Source: Eledone cirrhosa (taxonomy: Eukaryota). From it: a DNA stretch of 28,377 bases. Positions 11,919-24,871 of this stretch are shown here, one piece after another. Under the pieces are notes generated by a model. The model was not told the origin of the DNA. It ran no database searches and was given only the letters and a program-made list of their open reading frames with translations. The DNA lies in contig CAXHJY010000584.1 of assembly GCA_964016885.1 (NCBI GenBank), positions 1 to 28,377 of the forward strand. The letters run 5' to 3'. The position numbers were made by a program, and so were the translations under genes. The first letter of the stretch is position 1. Every line of letters starts with the position of its first letter.

Positions 11919-11928
11919 CATGGCTCTC

Positions 11929-11963
<35 letters not shown>

Positions 11964-12009
11964 CCAGTGGTAGTGGTAGGAGTTTAAATGTTGTTGCCCA
12001 AATATAGCC

Positions 12010-12438
12010 GACACCACCAACACAAACAACACTAGCAACGCCACCATCAAAGCAACACAACACCACCGTACTACAACACCACATTACAACATCACACCAA
12101 CACACCACCACAACACGACTACACCACATCAACACACAACCACAACACCACACCACATTACACCACACCACCACTACACCACACCAACACACCACCATAA
12201 CACCACACCACACTACACCACACTACAACACCACACCACACCACAACACTACACCACACCACCACAACACCACACTACAACACCACCACAATACCACACC
12301 ACCACACCACTATACCACACCACACCACCACAACACCACACCACCACAGCATCACACCACCACACCACACACTGCACCACACCACACACTACACCACACC
12401 ACACACTACACCACACCACACTACACCACTCCACCACA
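12010..12438. repeat. (CACCA/CTACA) pentamer-based array
   Basis: Visible directly. Confidence 0.9.
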
Positions 12439-12549
12439 ACTTTCTCCTACCAATCTGTAGAAACAATTTCGAATTTTTTTGTGTTTATTTGTGATTCTCT
12501 TCAAATGTCTGTAGTTCGGAGATAGAGACTAATTTTACGGCTGTTAGTC

Positions 12550-12920
12550 AGAGGAGGAGGGGGGGGGGTAGGAGGGGAAATGAGAGAGCAAGAGAGCGAG
12601 AGAGTTTAGGAGATCCAGAGTAATGTGAAGGAGGGAGAGAGAAGGGAAGAGAGAGAGAGAGATAGAGAGATAGAGAGAGAGAGATGAGGGGAAGAGAGAG
12701 ATGAGGAGAGGGAAAGAGAGAGAGAGATGAGGAAAATGAGAAGAGAGAGATAAAGAGAGCGAAAGAGAGATGAGGAGAGGTAGGGGGAGAGAAGGGTAAG
12801 AAAAACAGTAGATGAAGTAGGAAAGAGAGGAGTGGAAGAGAGAGAAGAAGAGAGAGGAGAGAAAGAGAGAGGAGAGAAAGAGAGAGAGAGAGCGAGAGCG
12901 AGAGAGAGAGAGAGAGAGAA
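12550..12920. repeat. (GA)n polypurine tract
   Basis: Visible directly. Confidence 0.9.
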
Positions 12921-13019
12921 GGAGGTTTGTGTGTATATATGAAGAGATAAATCTGTGAAACTTGGAGATCGTGTCGGGGGAAGACAATCAGCTTTTCTCG
13001 TGTAATTCTGTCTATATGT

Positions 13020-13023
13020 AATA

Positions 13024-13096
<73 letters not shown>

Positions 13097-13103
13097 GTCT
13101 ATC
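13020..13103. repeat. (CTAT)n tetranucleotide microsatellite
   Basis: Visible directly. Confidence 0.95.
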
Positions 13104-13106
13104 AAT

Positions 13107-13429
13107 AAATTTACTGAAAGGTGGGTGAATGTGGCAAAAATGGCCCGAGTGATTGGGCCTTCTCTGTATATAAACCTGTAGGTTGAAGAAGAGAGCAAAA
13201 GGAAGAACGGAGCACTTGCACAACACGCTCCTGGAGTTGAGGGTTGTTCTATCGACGGGGTATTCGGGGTATTAAACAACCCATTTGTGGCGCCTCCTCC
13301 CTATTACGGATTTCGATTGTTGAATTTGTTTGTTTCAATAATATTTTTACACGACTGTATGTAAAACCTCCGGCATGTGTCTTTGTATTGTCCCCTTTTC
13401 TTGTGCGCCCTTGTGACAAATAAAGAAAT

Positions 13430-13430
<1 letters not shown>
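13107..13430 (+). mobile_element. 5'-truncated LINE 3' end (L1/Tx1-like): ORF2 C-terminus and 3' UTR
   Basis: KFTERWVNVAKMARVIGPSLYINL* (13107-13181; F..RW motif), then UTR, AATAAA 13419-24; flanked by microsatellites. Confidence 0.6.
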
Positions 13431-13433
<3 letters not shown>

Positions 13434-13477
<44 letters not shown>

Positions 13478-13523
13478 GTCTGTCTATCTATCTGTTTATC
13501 TATCCGTTTGTCTGCCTGTCTAT

Positions 13524-13562
<39 letters not shown>

Positions 13563-13674
13563 CTATCTCTCTCTCTCTCTCTCTCTCTTTCTGTTTGTCT
13601 GTCTATCTATCTGTTTATCTATCCGTCTGTCCGCCTGTCTACCCCTCCTCTCTCTCTCTATCTCTATCTATCTA

Positions 13675-13723
<49 letters not shown>

Positions 13724-13859
13724 CTGTGTGTGTCCGTCTGTGACTGTCTGTGTGCGTGAGACTGTGTGTGTGTGTGTATATGTATGTGTGAGTGTGTGTG
13801 TGTCTGTGTGTATGTGTGTGTTTGTGTGTGTTTGTCTGTGTCTGTGTGTCTCTGTGACT

Positions 13860-13891
<32 letters not shown>

Positions 13892-13911
13892 CTGTGACTG
13901 TGTGTGCGTGT
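13434..13911. repeat. Compound (CT)n/(CTAT)/(TA)n/(TG)n microsatellite
   Basis: Visible directly; includes a ~120-bp internal duplication. Confidence 0.9.
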
Positions 13912-14074
13912 GACAATAAGACCCCCAAACAAGTCAACAAAGTCCACCTGAATTACTCTGTTAATCTAAACCTTGAAAGTGATCAACGATTAATTAGCAA
14001 TAATTACAGCCCCCCGCCCCCATAATTGTAAGGTGAAGAATTAAAAGGACCAGAAGAATCTGTGATACACCATT

Positions 14075-14358
14075 AAAAAATGGTACTCCGTCGGTTACGA
14101 CGACGAGTGTTCCATATGATACAATCAACGGAACAGGTTGTTACGGAACATGCAAGTGGCTGAGCATTCTACAGACACACACGCCCTTAACATAGTTCTC
14201 AGGAAGATTCAGCATAATACAGAATGTGACAAGACTGGCTTTTCGAGTTTCAGGTACAACTCATTCTTGAGTGAACTCAGCTGAGTGAACTGGAGCATGG
14301 TGAAATAATGTGTCTTGCTCAAGGATACAACACATCACCAGGAATCGAACTCACGGCC
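14075..14358 (-). mobile_element. SINE family B (tRNA-derived, GTGTCCTTGAGCAAGACAC core)
   Basis: Reverse complement has B box GAGTTCGATTCC, then TGTTGTATCCTTGAGCAAGACACATTATTTCAC...CACTCAGCTG...TTAAGGGCGTGTGTGTCTGTAGAATGCTCAGCCACTTG; homologous to 25840-26045. Confidence 0.85.
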
Positions 14359-14471
14359 GTCATGTCCTTGAACAGGTTATTAAATATCACGTTATTCTAA
14401 TCCAATCAGCTGAATAAACAAAGTAAAGTTGTACCTGTTATACTGAACCTTCCTGAGAACAAAGTTAAAGG

Positions 14472-14497
14472 TATGTATACATATACATATAAAGGGA

Positions 14498-14541
<44 letters not shown>

Positions 14542-14567
14542 TCCCTTTATATGTATATGTATACATA
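14472..14567. repeat. Perfect 96-bp palindrome centred on (AT)19
   Basis: TATGTATACATATACATATAAAGGGATGC-(AT)19-GCATCCCTTTATATGTATATGTATACATA. Confidence 0.95.
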
Positions 14568-14577
14568 TATATATAAG

Positions 14578-14610
<33 letters not shown>

Positions 14611-14617
14611 CTACATA

Positions 14618-14698
<81 letters not shown>

Positions 14699-14737
14699 AT
14701 ATTAAATAAATGGAAACTATATTTATAAAACCATATT

Positions 14738-14799
14738 TATTCTATTAAATATTTTTCAAGGTTACAAAAATCTTTGGTACGCTTCCATCAGATAAAATA
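14738..14799 (-). ncRNA. Hammerhead motif, inverted copy with core mutation (CUGAUGG)
   Basis: UAUUUUAU-CUGAUGG-AAGCGUACC...GUAACCUU-GAAA-AAUAUU-UA-AUAGAAUA. Confidence 0.6.
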
Positions 14800-14856
14800 C
14801 ATAGTTTGTTTTATAAATTTTGTCATAATTTATCAAAATTTATAAAAAAAAATTTG

Positions 14857-14918
14857 TATTTTATCTGATGAAAGCGTACCATTGGTTTTGGTACCCTTGA
14901 AATATATATAATAGAATA
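14857..14918 (+). ncRNA. Minimal type I hammerhead ribozyme motif with intact core
   Basis: Stem I TATTTTAT/ATAGAATA; CTGATGA 14865-71; stem II AAGCGTACCA/TGGTACCCTT (9 of 10); GAAA 14899-902; palindromic TATATA; AUA triplet; AATAAA 14915-20. Confidence 0.8.
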
Positions 14919-15054
14919 AATATGGTTTTATAAATATAGTTTCCATTTATTTAATATCATTGAATATTATACTCCAGAAAAGTTGTTGAGTACTCTAAAT
15001 CAGTTATAAACATTATTATTTGTTGAATTACCTACAAATTGAATATCCCTTTTG

Positions 15055-15114
<60 letters not shown>

Positions 15115-15144
15115 ATTATGAGTTCATGCAATTGACATGTTTCG

Positions 15145-15207
<63 letters not shown>

Positions 15208-15783
15208 TGTACTTGTCTCTTCCTATCTTTTCGTTGCAATACAATCTTTGTTTGTTTACATGTCTCACTCGTTTCACGCTATTTTACTTGTCCCAATAAC
15301 TTTATTTACTTATTACTCGCACCAACCAGCGGTATATTATTTTTAAAGCGATGAAATACCAATGAAGGTTGGAAGATCACTGATGAAGGACTAATTTTAT
15401 TCATATGTAACGCATGTGCAACCACGCTGCACTCCATTTTTCTTATATATATATATATATATATATACACGATATGTTTACGAAAAAACATTTGAAAGCC
15501 TTTCGCTATTAATTTTAAAGGATTTGAGCCACGTATTTAAAGGGTTTGACTAACGTGGATCAAGAACTGTCTCAGCTACAGATGTTTGTGACTCAATATA
15601 TATGTTACTGTAAGAAGTCGTTCTCAGGTGATCTTTAGAAGGTTTCGTAATTAGTAATACATGGAGTAATTATAATTAGATAAATATTTATACAGATACT
15701 CAGCCACTAGGTAGCGTAAAAATATACAGTGTTCCATTGAATATGGTCTTTATTTTTAACGTATACATCTAACACGTAATAGT

Positions 15784-16620
<837 letters not shown>

Positions 16621-16910
16621 AGTGTTACATGTATATATGCGCTTGTGCGGGTGTCCATTCAGAAATTAATCGACAATCAGGAATTAGTAAGAGAAAGAAG
16701 CAAAAGAAATAAGTTTGCCAATAAATGCAATATGTTATTTCTTATCGGAAACTATCGAATCTAATTAAATATCAGTTTCGTTTAATTTTATATTGCATTA
16801 TTTTCTTTGTTTTGTCTGCTTGTAAACTGTCTTATTAGTTACTACAGTATTAGGATGTGAAGATATTAGAATGTTTGGTTGTGAGGTTGTGGTGATGAGA
16901 GGTCGTGTGC

Positions 16911-17029
16911 TTGTAAAGTTGTGACGTTGTGAAGTTGTGATGTTGTGAAGTTGTGATGTTGTGAAGTTGTGATGTTGTGAAGTTGTGATGTTGTGAAGTT
17001 GTGATGTTGTGAAGTTGTGATGTTGTGAA
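16911..17029. repeat. 16-bp minisatellite (TTGTGAAG-TTGTGATG)n
   Basis: About 7 units made of two alternating 8-mers. Confidence 0.9.
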
Positions 17030-17062
17030 ACCATTAGAATGTTTGGATGTGAGGATGTGAGG

Positions 17063-17910
<848 letters not shown>

Positions 17911-17952
17911 ATAAGAAACGGAGAATAAGTGGAGCGACGAATAAAATTTATT

Positions 17953-18049
17953 AGACATATTACAATCGTTTCTTTGGCGACCAGCTCGAGGCACGATCGA
18001 TGCAATGATCGAACCTGACTCTGAAATCGCAAGATCCTCAGATACGTCT
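17953..18049 (-). ncRNA. Type I hammerhead ribozyme motif with 62-nt stem II, inside a (TA)n-flanked island (17907-18070)
   Basis: AGACGUAU-CUGAGGA-[UCUUGCGA...UCGCCAAA]-GAAA-CGAUUG-UA-AUAUGUCU, immediately followed by AAUAAA; 8-bp stem I; GUA triplet. Confidence 0.8.
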
Positions 18050-18092
18050 CGAAGCAGAGTTTCCAAATCCATATATATATATATATATATAT

Positions 18093-18235
18093 ATTTGTTT
18101 TGCAAGCTTTTTTATATGAAATCATGTGTTGGAACAAATATTGTTATACTTGGGGAGGGTCATATTGTTATAATATTGCCAAAAATAATAACAGAACATA
18201 CTCACTGTTTGGTTTGGGGTGGTTTTCGCTTCCGA
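18093..18235 (+). mobile_element. Unclassified repeat family D copy; (TA)n-adjacent; inverted relative to 26772-26910
   Basis: TTTTGCAAG...ACAAATATTGTTATACTTGGGGAGGGTCATATTGTT...CTCACTGTTTGG...GGTTTTCGCTTC is the reverse complement of 26772-26910. Confidence 0.8.
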
Positions 18236-18574
18236 AATTTCATAATGTTGCCTTATCTTTTGCCATGTTTCCAAGACAGTATATCGTCTGGTTTCAACAG
18301 ACCTCAATAATTAATATCTTGTAGACTTGGGGCGAAAGTGTTTAATATTAAATAAGTGAATAGCACAACACGTCGTTGTTATTGAATGATAATATTTATA
18401 AGATACGGTATGTTTAACACATTGAGTGGTAGAATAAGACCTCTAGATCTTTCAAATGAAGTAATCATCAGATCATAGCATATCACTAGCGCTCAGCCCT
18501 GCTGGCAATTGTCATATTCCACATAAACAACATGTAACTAACAAAACACCCTTATATCTCTTACATATTCTCAC

Positions 18575-18770
18575 ATGCAGAGCCATATAATGAGTCTCTA
18601 TGTGCTAACTCAACCTGCTAGAAATAGCAGATGAATATCCCTCAAATTAGATGCAATTAGTTTGAAAAAAAAAGGGTTAGAAATGTCACATTGGGTGGGT
18701 TAGTCCTAGATATATTGTGTCTAAAAGAAAAACAATAAAATGTTCAATGATGAAACGTCCTAAATTATTT
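18575..18770 (-). mobile_element. Short interspersed family C copy
   Basis: Reverse complement has ATATATCTAGGACTA...TTTGAGGGATATT..CTGCTATTTCTAGCAGGTTGAG...AGAGACTC. Confidence 0.6.
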
Positions 18771-18824
18771 TTTTGCTCGATTCATCCAAATTGTTCTGTG
18801 TTTTAACAAGAGCAGAAATATTTT

Positions 18825-18962
18825 TAGGTTTCCTCTTCATGGACATAACATATGTTAGTTCATCTGAATTATCGAGGGCGTAACAACCACAGAAATCTTA
18901 TAAGGGCCTCCCTGTATCAAAAAGACTAGGTTTCTTCTTCATGGACATAATATATGTCAGTT
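18825..18962. repeat. 36-bp direct repeat pair (period 102 bp)
   Basis: TAGGTTTCCTCTTCATGGACATAACATATGTTAGTT versus TAGGTTTCTTCTTCATGGACATAATATATGTCAGTT (3 transitions). Confidence 0.85.
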
Positions 18963-19212
18963 CTGATTAGTTGACCACTTTATACAAAGTTAAAGTAACA
19001 AACATTAGAGTATCACTAAATTATTTGAGACAATGCAGCTGCTATGTATAGCCAAACACGTTAGACCATATGAAAAAGGTGATATTTCGACGAATTGCTA
19101 AAGATCCATTCACCAATGCACTACAACTACAGATACAGGCTTCCATTGGCTAGTTGAAATTAGAATATTGATTTCTAATTTCGGCCCAAGGACAGCAAAT
19201 TTGGATGTGAGG

Positions 19213-19687
19213 GTGATAGTGTTGCTGATAGTGGTAGTGTTGCTGATAGGTGGTAGTGTTGGTGATAGTGTTGGTGATAGTGTGGGTGGTAGTGTTGGTG
19301 ATAGTGTTGCTGATAGTGTAGGTGGTAGTGTTGGTGATAGTGAGGGTGGTAGTGTTGGTGGTAGTGTTGGTGGTAGTGTTGGTGATAGTGAGGGTGGTAG
19401 TGTTGGTGATAGTGAGGGTGGTAGTGTTGGTGGTAGTGTTGGTGATAGTGTTGGTGGTAGTGTTGGTGGTAGTGTTGGTGGTAGTGTTGGTGATAGTGTT
19501 GGTGGTAGTGTTGGTGGTAGTGTTGGTGGTAGTGTTGGTGATAGTGTTGGTGGTAGTGTTGGTGGTAGTGTTGGTGATAGTGTTGGTGGTAGTGTTGGTG
19601 GTAGTGTTGGTGGTAGTGTTGGTGGTAGTGTTGGTGGTAGTGTTGGTGGTAGTGTTGGTGATAGTGTTGGTGATAGTGTTGGTGATG
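19213..19687. repeat. 12-bp minisatellite (GGTAGTGTTGGT/GATAGTGTTGGT)n
   Basis: Visible directly; about 38 units. Confidence 0.95.
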
Positions 19688-19764
19688 CTCGCCATCTCTA
19701 TACAGAAGTTAGTAAACTAATTGTATAGAGATATATTGTCAGCCGCCATAGTGCCTTGTTGTTG

Positions 19765-19915
19765 TTGTTTAGCTGGAGGTTCCTCACCAAATAACCTGAA
19801 GATGAAAATACATTCAACTATAGCCAACAGGTATTTTGTTTCAGGCATAGTGTATCTAAGATTACACTAATAAATGTGCCGGTCTTCTCCAAGACTGTGG
19901 TTTAAGGGAGAGGTG
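19765..19915 (+). mobile_element. Short interspersed family C copy
   Basis: TTTCAGGCATAGTGTATCTAAGATTACA...AATGTG...GGTTTAAGGGAGA; homologous by eye to the 11766 and 18575 copies. Confidence 0.55.
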
Positions 19916-20154
19916 TTATATGTAGGAGGCCAAGGGACAACGAAGTCGTTAGTTCTATCAACGGGGTTTTGGTATTGTTGAGGGTGGGGAGCTATCACTT
20001 CCGGTAATGGTTTCCATATGTAATGACAAGGGTGACCATCATCATCATCATCCACCACACTATCAACCACCTCCCCCTCCTTATTATCATCATCATCATA
20101 CTCATGATAATTAGTTCTATAATCCTCCCCTTCCTCTTCCTTCTCCTCATAATC

Positions 20155-20254
20155 TCTTCTTCTTCTTCTTCTTCTTCTTCTTCTTCTTCTTCTTCTTCTT
20201 CTTCTTCTTCTTCTTCTTCTTCTTCTTCTTCTTCTTCTTCTTCTTCTTCTTCTT
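20155..20254. repeat. (TTC)n microsatellite
   Basis: About 33 pure units. Confidence 0.97.
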
Positions 20255-20325
20255 CTTTCTTTCTTTTTCCTGTATTCCCACACTCCTACCTTTCATACTT
20301 CTCCCTAATTACCCCCCCCCCCCCT

Positions 20326-21993
20326 CACCACCACCACCACCATCACCACCACCACCACCATCAACACCACCACCACTACCACCACCACCATCACCAACAC
20401 CACCACCAACACCACCACCATCAACACCACCACCACTACCACTACCACCATCACCAACACCACCACCACCACCAACACCACCATCACCACCACCACCACC
20501 ATCACCACCACCACCACCATCACCAACACCACCACCAACACCACCACCATCAACACCACCACCACTACCACCACCACCATCACCAACACCACCACCAACA
20601 CCACCACCATCAACACCACCACCACTACCACTACCACCATCACCAACACCACCACCACCACCACCAACACCACCATCACCACCACCACCACCATCACCAC
20701 CACCACCACCATCACCAACACCACCACCAACACCACCACCATCAACACCACCACCACTACCACCACCACCATCACCAACACCACCACCAACACCACCACC
20801 ATCAACACCACCACCACTACCACTACCACCATCACCAACACCACCACCACCACCAACACCACCATCACCACCACCACCACCATCACCACCACCACCACCA
20901 TCACCAACACCACCACCAACACCACCACCATCAACACCACCACCACTACCACCACCATCAACACCACCACCACTACCACTACCACCATCACCAACACCAC
21001 CACCACCACCACCAACACCACCATCACCAACACCACCACCATCACCACCACCACCACCATCACCAACACCACCACCAACACCACCACCATCAACACCACC
21101 ACCACTACCACCACCACCATCACCAACACCACCACCAACACCACCACCATCAACACCACCACCACTACCACTACCACCATCACCAACACCACCACCACCA
21201 CCAACACCACCATCACCACCACCACCACCATCACCACCACCACCACCATCACCAACACCACCACCAACACCACCACCATCAACACCACCACCACTACCAC
21301 CACCACCATCACCAACACCACCACCAACACCACCACCATCAACACCACCAACACCACCACCACCATCAACACCACCACCACTACCACCACCACCACTACC
21401 ACCACCACCAACACCACCATCACCAACACCACCACCAACACCACCACCATCAACACCACCACCACTACCACCACCACCACCACCACCACCATCAACACCA
21501 CCACCACTACCACCACCACCACCACCACCACCATCAACACCACCACCAACACCACCACCATCAACACCACCACCACTACCACCACCACCACCACCACCAC
21601 CATCAACACCACCAACACCAACACCACCACCAACACCACCACCATCAACACCACCACCACTACCACCACCACCACCACCACCACCATCAACACCACCACC
21701 AACACCACCACCATCAACACCACCAACACCAACACCACCACCAACACCACCACCATCAACACCACCACCACTACCACCACCACCACCACCACCACCATCA
21801 ACACCACCACCAACACCACCACCATCAACACCACCAACACCACCACCACCATCAACACCACCACCACTACCACCACCACCACTACCACCACCACCAACAC
21901 CACCAACACCAACACCACCACCAACACCACCACCATCAACACCACCACCACTACCACCACCACCAACACCACCATCACCACCACCACCGCCAC
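20326..21993. repeat. (CAC)n-derived array with ~190-bp higher-order repeats
   Basis: 60+60+69/72-bp subunits recur, starting at 20521, 20713 and 21061; shorter units occur in the 3' half. Confidence 0.95.
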
Positions 21994-22139
21994 CTATTGA
22001 TTATAACAAAATAGTTATTTTACAACCGACTAAGCAGAGATGTAGCCGGTGGCTATCACTCTACAACTAATCTCATTCTTTTCTCTTGGTTCGTACTTGT
22101 GTAGCTTGTTGTTGACAGACAACTACATCACCACCATTG

Positions 22140-22522
22140 ACACTGCTACACCACTACACTGCTACACCACTACACTGCTACACCACTACACTGCTACACC
22201 ACTACACTGCTACACCACTACACTGCTACACCACTACACTGCTACACTGCTACACCACTACACCACTACAACACCACTACACCACTACACTACTACACCA
22301 CACCACTACACCACTACACTACAACACCACTACACCACTACACCACTACACTACAACACCACTACACCACTACACTACACCGCTACACCACTACACCACT
22401 ACAACACCACCACATCATTACACCACTTCACCACTACACCACCACTACACCACTACACCACTACACCACTACACTACACCACTACACCACTACACTACAC
22501 CACTACACCACAATACCACAAC
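22140..22522. repeat. (CACTA/CACCACTA/CTGCTA) minisatellite
   Basis: Visible directly. Confidence 0.9.
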
Positions 22523-23096
22523 ACGGCTACATCATATCGAGAGGTAATGTAACAGAGCCTCGTTAGTGAAGTTCATTTACAGAGAGAGACTGTGTTGATT
22601 GTGATTGGTACATCATGTACATGCTGTTGCATTGATTAATACAAATGGAATGCTCATCGTCGAAACCCACGGAGAATCATTTCATAATTCCAGGAAACAT
22701 TATTCCCAGCATCAGTACACAAGGGTCCAAAAAATGTCGGGCAATCAAAACTTATCCAGTGAAGTCCTCAATATCTCATTATTGTTTTAGTTTAATATAA
22801 CACATATCAAAAGATAGCTGTTGAGACTTTTCAAGTTTATCTTGAAATAATTTGACTTTGATGTTACAGTTTATATCCTCTCTCCCAATGGAACTAGTCT
22901 AACATTTGGCTGTGGTGGATTTATACATGTGACATTCTACATTCTATATTCTACATGCTTCCTCTCTACATCCTACATGAAAAGGGTCATTATGTGGCAT
23001 ACATACATACGTATATACATACTTACATACATACATACGTATATATATACACCCCCCCATATATATATATATTGTTATTGTAATTATCATTTGTTC

Positions 23097-23405
23097 GGTG
23101 GATTGGCAGTATCGGTAGAAGGGTTGGACGCCATGCTTTGCAGCATAGAGTTACGGCCCTTTACGTTCTGAGTTCAAATCCAAACGAGGTTAGCTTTGTA
23201 TTTCATCCTTATGGTGTTGATCAAATAAAGTACCAGTAATGTACTAGGTTAAATTTAATCGACATACCGTATGATACCAGATATACAACTTCCCGTATTT
23301 CATATATACACTAGTAATACATAGTTGTAGCACAAGACCAGTGAAACACCAGTACCTTCCCTCTTAACAAATCTTTGGCCTTGTGCCTACATCAAAAATC
23401 ATTAT
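23097..23405 (+). mobile_element. SINE family A, full length, interrupted by a ~89-bp insertion
   Basis: A box TGGCAGTATCGG, B box GAGTTCAAATCC, core, then foreign sequence 23264-23352, then GGCCTTGTGCCTACATC and ATTAT tail. Confidence 0.85.
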
Positions 23406-24239
23406 CTGGATTTTCAAGTTCTGCCAACATTTCCACTACATTGAAATATTAAGTCAATTATCTGTAATTTATTTCTAATATAACATTTTTATTTTATTTT
23501 AATAATTTTTATTTCCGATCTATTAACCACAGCTTTCGTTGTCTTTTCTTAATCACTCGGTTTTAATCTATCCAGTCTCTCTAATCACATTCAGTTATCT
23601 TATTTCTACATATAAAGTTTTAATTGAACTAAGTCTGAACCTAGGCCCAGTATTTCTAACGTATTAAAAGTTAAAACATTTAAACTCTGCCTTGTAAATA
23701 AATGTCTTCTGAGTTCAAGCATACCCTAGCCTAAAAGAGAAGTGTATGTGTATGTATATATATATATATATGTGTATATATATATATAACGAAGGAAGTG
23801 TGGTAAGGAACCAGGTGGACCATAACGCACCAGAGTACTCGATACTTTGGGTAGTAGAGTGGGTAATAGGAAAAGGTTCAGGATCCCGACGCTAGAGCTC
23901 AAGAGTCCAGAAATACCTGTCAAAACGGCTTGAGCTCTATATATATATAATAGAATTATATATATAATAGAATTATATATTATAATAGAATTAGGATTTA
24001 GCTTCAAACATAGCTGTATACAAATATGTATTTGAATTTCATATTTCTAAAGAAAAGAGCGGGAGAGAACATCCTGACGAGATCCAGTTGAGTTAGAAAT
24101 GCATCGACAATTGTCCCCGCTTGCTTCTGCCGGACACCACCTGGTGGCGTTAGCTACCAGAGTGTTATTCATAGCTATGGCTTTCTAAATGTTTATTTAT
24201 AAACATATCGCATTTCTTTAGCAATACGAGCTTCAAAAT

Positions 24240-24295
24240 ATATACATACATACATACATACATATATATATATACGCACACTTGCACACACATAA

Positions 24296-24389
<94 letters not shown>
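24240..24389. repeat. (CATA)/(CA)n microsatellite
   Basis: Visible directly. Confidence 0.95.
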
Positions 24390-24685
24390 CGAAGTATAGG
24401 GCTGCTGAAGATCGATTATAATTTTGGCTTACTGAAACGTAATCTTACAAACACGTAAGATGGATTTAATAGTCCAGAAAATTAAAATTATCTGTCATAT
24501 CTATTTATATAATTTGTTTTCGCTAAGACTGCACATCCGAAGATAATGTGATTGATTATCTCTCCACAACTACCTTATATTCTGCTGTTTACTTCCTTAT
24601 TTGTATACATCGGTGAGAGGAAGAAAGGATTTGGTATTGTGAAGTGACTAACGAACAGTCTTCGTCTCAACTTTGAAACAGACAT

Positions 24686-24871
24686 TTCTGAACCAGTATC
24701 AAGTTCTTTCTGAACTAGTATCAAGTTTTATTCTGAATCTGTATAAGTTCTTTTTGAACCAGTATCAAGTTCTTTTGAACCAATATCAAGTTCTTTTTGA
24801 ACCAGTATCAATTTTTTTTTCTGAGCCAGTATCAAGTTCTTTTTGAACCAGTTTCAAGTTCTTTCTGAACC
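24686..24871. repeat. ~22-bp minisatellite (TTTYTGAACCAGTATCAAGTTC) x ~8.5
   Basis: Contiguous diverged units with no spacers. Confidence 0.92.

Larger units (their letters stand above)
14694..15056. mobile_element. Non-autonomous Penelope-like/retrozyme-like element with an inverted HHR-bearing repeat (14694-14962), inserted in (TA)n
   Basis: ~130-bp imperfect inverted arms, each carrying an HHR motif plus AATAAA; (TA)n on both sides; a related copy lies at 17335-17520. Confidence 0.7.

Noticed and set aside
15375-15425. CTGATGA as a hammerhead core or snoRNA C box
   Set aside because: No GAAA or stem II, and no D box with a terminal stem.
18255-18305. Minus-strand CUGUUGA-hairpin-GAAA-CAUG-GC
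   Set aside because: Two essential core positions altered and no stem I; at most a relic.
18438-18476. Minus-strand CUGAUGA...GAAA-GAUC-UA
   Set aside because: Core words are present, but neither stem I nor stem II pairs.
18825-18962. 36-bp direct repeats as a CRISPR array
   Set aside because: Only two imperfect copies with a 66-bp spacer, eukaryotic context and no cas genes.
22590-22790. Possible decayed 3' end of an R4/NeSL-like LINE
   Set aside because: The resemblance requires several frameshifts and cannot be supported by eye.
24686-24871. 22-bp repeats as CRISPR or iterons
   Set aside because: Contiguous diverged units without spacers; an ordinary minisatellite.
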